From the NCBI GenBank assembly GCA_963823555.1, contig CAWGMA010000001.1, positions 576,001 to 640,000 on the forward strand: a stretch of DNA of 64,000 nt. The letters run 5' to 3'. The notes below the pieces were generated by a model. The model saw only the letters and a program-made list of their open reading frames with translations. It searched no databases and was not told the origin of the DNA. Numbering within the stretch: position 1 is the stretch's first letter; every line of letters starts with the position of its first letter. Shown one piece after another: positions 61,198-64,000 of this stretch. Made by a program: the position numbers and the translations under genes. This stretch comes from Candidatus Eiseniibacteriota bacterium (GTDB taxonomy: Bacteria > Eisenbacteria > RBG-16-71-46 > CAVPCR01).

Positions 61198-61213
61198 TGG
61201 TACGCGGGTTGCA
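61198..61213 (+). promoter_or_regulatory. sigma54 (-24/-12) promoter
   Basis: TGGTACGCGGGTTGCA = GG-N10-GC, close to TGGCAC-N5-TTGCA. Confidence 0.75.
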
Positions 61214-61255
61214 TCTGTGACAGGCGAGGTGAGACCCGCTATGGAGGTCCTGGTC

Positions 61256-61630
61256 TTGTCAAAGAGCGTGCTGATCGTCGACGACGAGCGCCTCATTGCG
61301 CGTACGTTGTCCAGTGCGCTCATGGAGGCAGGATTCGATACGCGGGTCGCTTCGAGCGCCGAGACGGCCGAGAAGCAGCTCTTCAACGCCGATTCGGAGT
61401 TCGATCTGATCATCATCGACAACCGGTTGCCGAAGGGAAGTGGGCTCGGTCTCCTCAAGAAGCTGAAGGCGGGTAATGTCGATGTCAAAGTCATCCTCAT
61501 GACTGCCTACGACAGCCCGGAGACCAAGGCCGAAGCCAGGCGGCTGGGAGTCCAACGTTACATCACCAAGCCATTCGATCTCGGGGCGATGATCACTGAG
61601 GTCGAGACCTTGGTCGGTCCGGCGCGCTGA
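61256..61630 (+). CDS. Single-domain response regulator (CheY/Spo0F-like)
   Basis: VDDE, phospho-Asp 'IIDNRLP', 'MTAY', KPF; TTG after GGAGG. Confidence 0.9.
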   Translation: MSKSVLIVDDERLIARTLSSALMEAGFDTRVASSAETAEKQLFNADSEFDLIIIDNRLPKGSGLGLLKKLKAGNVDVKVILMTAYDSPETKAEARRLGVQRYITKPFDLGAMITEVETLVGPAR

Positions 61631-61684
61631 GCGCCAGGGTTCGTGCCCGGGTCAGAGACTGGTCTCTCACAGGGGGTAAACGGA

Positions 61685-62149
61685 ATGGCGGCTCGTAAGA
61701 AGGCCACGCGCAAGAAGGCCACGCGCAAGAAGGCCACGCGCAAGAAGGTTACGCGCAAGGCTGTGCGCAAGAAGGCAGTGCGCCGGAAGGTTGCGCGCAA
61801 GGCTGTGCGCAAGAAGGCAGTGCGTCGGAAGGTTGCGCGCAAGGCTGTGCGCAAGAAGGCCACCCGCAAGAAGGTTGCGCGCAAGGCTGTGCGCAAGAAG
61901 GCCACCCGGAAGGCAGTGCGCCGGAAGGTTGCGCGCAAGGCTGTGCGCAAGAAGGCCACCCGGAAGGCAGTGCGCCGGAAGGTTGCGCGCAAGGCTGTGC
62001 GCAAGAAGGCCACCCGGAAGGCAGTGCGCCGGAAGGTTGCCCGCAAGGCAATCGCCAAGAAGGCCACGCGCAAGAAGGCCACGCGCAAGAAGGCCACTCG
62101 CAAGAAGAAGGAACTGGCAGCCGAGCTTCCTTCGATCTTCACCATGTAG
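61685..62149 (+). CDS. Histone H1/Hc2-like basic repetitive DNA-binding protein
   Basis: 154 aa, over half K/R, built from KKATR/KAVR/RKVAR units including ~3x 54-nt tandem repeats. Confidence 0.8.
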   Translation: MAARKKATRKKATRKKATRKKVTRKAVRKKAVRRKVARKAVRKKAVRRKVARKAVRKKATRKKVARKAVRKKATRKAVRRKVARKAVRKKATRKAVRRKVARKAVRKKATRKAVRRKVARKAIAKKATRKKATRKKATRKKKELAAELPSIFTM

Positions 62150-62175
62150 GTCGGACGTTCGGGGCACGTCCTGAG

Positions 62176-62220
62176 GGGCGGTCCAGACCGGTGATCCCGG
62201 ACTGGGCCGCCCTCTCTTTG
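62176..62220 (+). terminator. Intrinsic terminator after the histone-like gene
   Basis: GGGCGGTCCAG...CTGGGCCGCCC then TCTCTTTG. Confidence 0.65.
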
Positions 62221-62283
62221 TGGAACCAGTTTGATGGAGCCGGGAGGTGGTTGCGGGGATGGCAGCGGACCGGCCGCTGCAGG

Positions 62284-62838
62284 TCAGCGGCTGGTCTCTG
62301 TCGTGTCGTCCTCGGCACCATGGAAACGCAGGCCGAAGGCGATGTAGTCGAAGTCGTACTCGCTCGGCAGCGTGTAGCGGGCTTCGGTGTAGAGGTCGAC
62401 TTTGCTCCCATGGATGAGGCGTGCTCCGACGAATGCATGCCACTTGAGAGCACCCCGGGAGTCCGTGAGGACATCGCCGAAGTCGCCGAGGCTGCTCCAG
62501 GAGCCGACAACGTGAGCGCCAGGGCCGGTAGCCAGCCATGGGCTGAAGGCCCCGCCTTCGAAACCAGGGATGACGAAGCGCAGCAGCAGATAGGTGGACA
62601 ACGCCACGTTTGCCACATTGTCGCGGTAGGCGAAGTGGCCCTCGACGCGCGCGGGAAAGTCGAGATGGTAGCTGGGCGGGACGTTCCTGATCGGCAGGGC
62701 GACTTCGTACCCGCCCATAACCTCCCAGTCATAGAACCCCCGAGTGGCGGCCCCGGCGGCGAGCACATCGGCTGAGGCGGGCGAGGCGCCGGCGAGACCG
62801 ATGGCGAGCCCCACCAGGGTGATCGACCTGCGGAACAT
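62284..62838 (-). CDS. Small outer-membrane beta-barrel-like protein
   Basis: Signal peptide (ASA|D); amphipathic strands 'SPWLATGPG', 'LYTEARY', 'IAFGLRF'. Confidence 0.65.
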   Translation of the reverse strand: MFRRSITLVGLAIGLAGASPASADVLAAGAATRGFYDWEVMGGYEVALPIRNVPPSYHLDFPARVEGHFAYRDNVANVALSTYLLLRFVIPGFEGGAFSPWLATGPGAHVVGSWSSLGDFGDVLTDSRGALKWHAFVGARLIHGSKVDLYTEARYTLPSEYDFDYIAFGLRFHGAEDDTTETSR

Positions 62839-62872
62839 GGGGCCGCGCTTTTCACGCCGCCCGGTCATCATC

Positions 62873-63430
62873 TCAGTCGACACGGAGATCGCCCTCGCTC
62901 TCGAGGTCTCCCGCGAGGAAGTAGGCCCGATAGCTCCCCGGCGGCACGCCATCGAGCAGCCAGGGGACGTTCACTTCTCGATCCACTTCGGCAGCGTAGT
63001 TCTCGAGGAGGCGGGCCACGATGAGACCGCGGTCGTTGACGATCGCGAGGTTGACGCTCGGCCGACGCACGTCGAGACGGAACGTGATGACGATTTCTCT
63101 CGTCCCCGGGGGGGCCGGGTTCGGACAGGCGCTGATGGCGAGTCCGGCGGGGGGCGGTACGGCGGAGGCACCCCTTTCGGGTCCTTCTTCAGGAGAGGAC
63201 CTGCCGAGGGGACCCGCACACGGGGCCGGCCAGGCGTTTTCCCGGTCGTAGGAAAAGAAGGGACCTGGGTCGACGAGAGTCACGTCCTCATCGCATCCCG
63301 CGATCATGAGAAGCGTGCAGAGGGTCGCGGTGAGGAGGACCAGGGCCGGCCATCGGGGGGCGGAAACACGCGCCTGTCGATCCGCCAGAGGCGACTCGTC
63401 ACCACAGCGGTATCGCGTGGTCGATGTCAA
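62873..63430 (-). CDS. Lipoprotein with a FlgD-Ig/CTD-like domain
   Basis: TTG after GAGGAG; lipobox IAG-C; 'ACPNPA..ITFRL..LAIVNDRGLIVARL..W..PGSYRAYF'. Confidence 0.6.
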   Translation of the reverse strand: MTSTTRYRCGDESPLADRQARVSAPRWPALVLLTATLCTLLMIAGCDEDVTLVDPGPFFSYDRENAWPAPCAGPLGRSSPEEGPERGASAVPPPAGLAISACPNPAPPGTREIVITFRLDVRRPSVNLAIVNDRGLIVARLLENYAAEVDREVNVPWLLDGVPPGSYRAYFLAGDLESEGDLRVD

Positions 63431-63552
63431 AGCGCACTCCTCGTGGGGGAAGGACGCTAGGTCGTCGGCGCGGGGAGCTGACCACGAGCGGTAGGCAAGC
63501 GGGAACGTGACCAAGATGCGCTCGTCTAGCCCAGCGAGAACGGCGTTTCCAC

Positions 63553-63685
63553 AAAGAAAGTTCCCCGCCGAACATCGTTCTTTACGCCGGGGAGCACCCC
63601 TAACCTCGATGTCTTGCGACTCGTAACTTAGGTTGGGCGTCGGACGCGTAAATCTCAAATGCGGCAGGGAACTCCGCTTCGCTGA
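63553..63685 (-). ncRNA. Unassigned structured RNA (~115-nt rod hairpin with GCAA tetraloop and U-rich tail)
   Basis: Nested helices 63662-73/63559-70, 63646-52/63581-87, 63630-40/63596-606 and GUC-GCAA-GAC at 63611-20; promoter directly upstream. Confidence 0.6.
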
Positions 63686-63691
63686 TCTCTC

Positions 63692-63720
63692 AAGCTAGCA
63701 GAGCCCCCAGGGGGCGTCAA
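63692..63720 (-). promoter_or_regulatory. sigma70-type promoter for the structured RNA/lipoprotein unit
   Basis: Minus strand TTGACG-17nt-TAGCTT with TG extension. Confidence 0.65.
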
Positions 63721-63952
63721 ACGGAAATCTGCTGTCCACGTTGCGGCCGAACAGGGCCTGACTCATGAACTTAGGGGAGGTCATCGACTGCCGGGGACGA
63801 CCTTGCCGCCCGCGCCATCCGGTGGCTCTCGCCCCAGGCTCCCGCCTCCCATGAGGTGGAGGGAGCGCGGCCGGCGGGCCATCTTCCACGGTGTACAATC
63901 TTCGGGTTCTACGAGCCCGTTCGTATCACCTCGCCTCCGACGATAGGTCACC

Positions 63953-64000
63953 ATGGATCTCTTCGAAACCGAACCTGAGTTGCCGGGCGATGCCCGCCCA
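63953..64000 (+). CDS. 5' end of a gene cut by the window edge, possibly RarA/MgsA
   Basis: MDLFETEPELPGDARP resembles the 'MDLF...PLA' N-termini of RarA; only 16 codons visible. Confidence 0.35.
   Translation, partial: MDLFETEPELPGDARP

Noticed and set aside
61558..62539. Antisense ORFs with 'RVAFL' or Cys-rich 'PCAQPS' repeats (possible RiPP or metallothionein)
   Set aside because: They are mirror frames of the K/R repeat gene; the plus frame has the promoter, operon context and terminator
63559..63673. SRP (4.5S) RNA, tRNA or 5S rRNA assignment for the hairpin
   Set aside because: No SRP helix-8 symmetric-loop motif, cloverleaf or 5S signature

Overview
GC-rich (about two-thirds G+C by eye), densely coding bacterial chromosome window made mostly of housekeeping genes. 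It carries mutY, ndh, a frameshifted uvrC, an EF-G paralog-yebC-ruvC-ruvA (no ruvB), mreBCD-mrdA-rodA-lgt-aroE, comF-dapL-folB-folK-dNK-panB-panC-glmU(N-terminal half)-HIT, tatA, a PpiD/SurA-like gene, two CNNM/CBS genes and two two-component systems. Secreted proteins with FlgD-Ig/T9SS-like C-terminal domains and GWxTD, LytR_C and DUF4321-like genes suggest an FCB-related candidate lineage such as Eisenbacteria, Latescibacterota or Krumholzibacteriota (inference). I saw no rRNA, tRNA, CRISPR array or mobile element. Most notable: (1) a PAS kinase/sigma54 activator pair directly upstream of a clear -24/-12 promoter driving a receiver protein and a K/R-repeat histone-H1/Hc2-like protein; (2) an unannotated ~115-nt rod-shaped structured RNA with its own sigma70 promoter, ahead of a CTD-like lipoprotein and a beta-barrel gene; (3) a macrodomain fused in frame to a MoaD/ubiquitin-like domain ending in CGG and coupled to moaE; (4) several motif-degenerate NTPase/ATP-grasp paralogs; (5) a Cys-rich 9x PKD surface protein with a long structured leader. 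All calls come from reading motifs by eye; no database searches were run.
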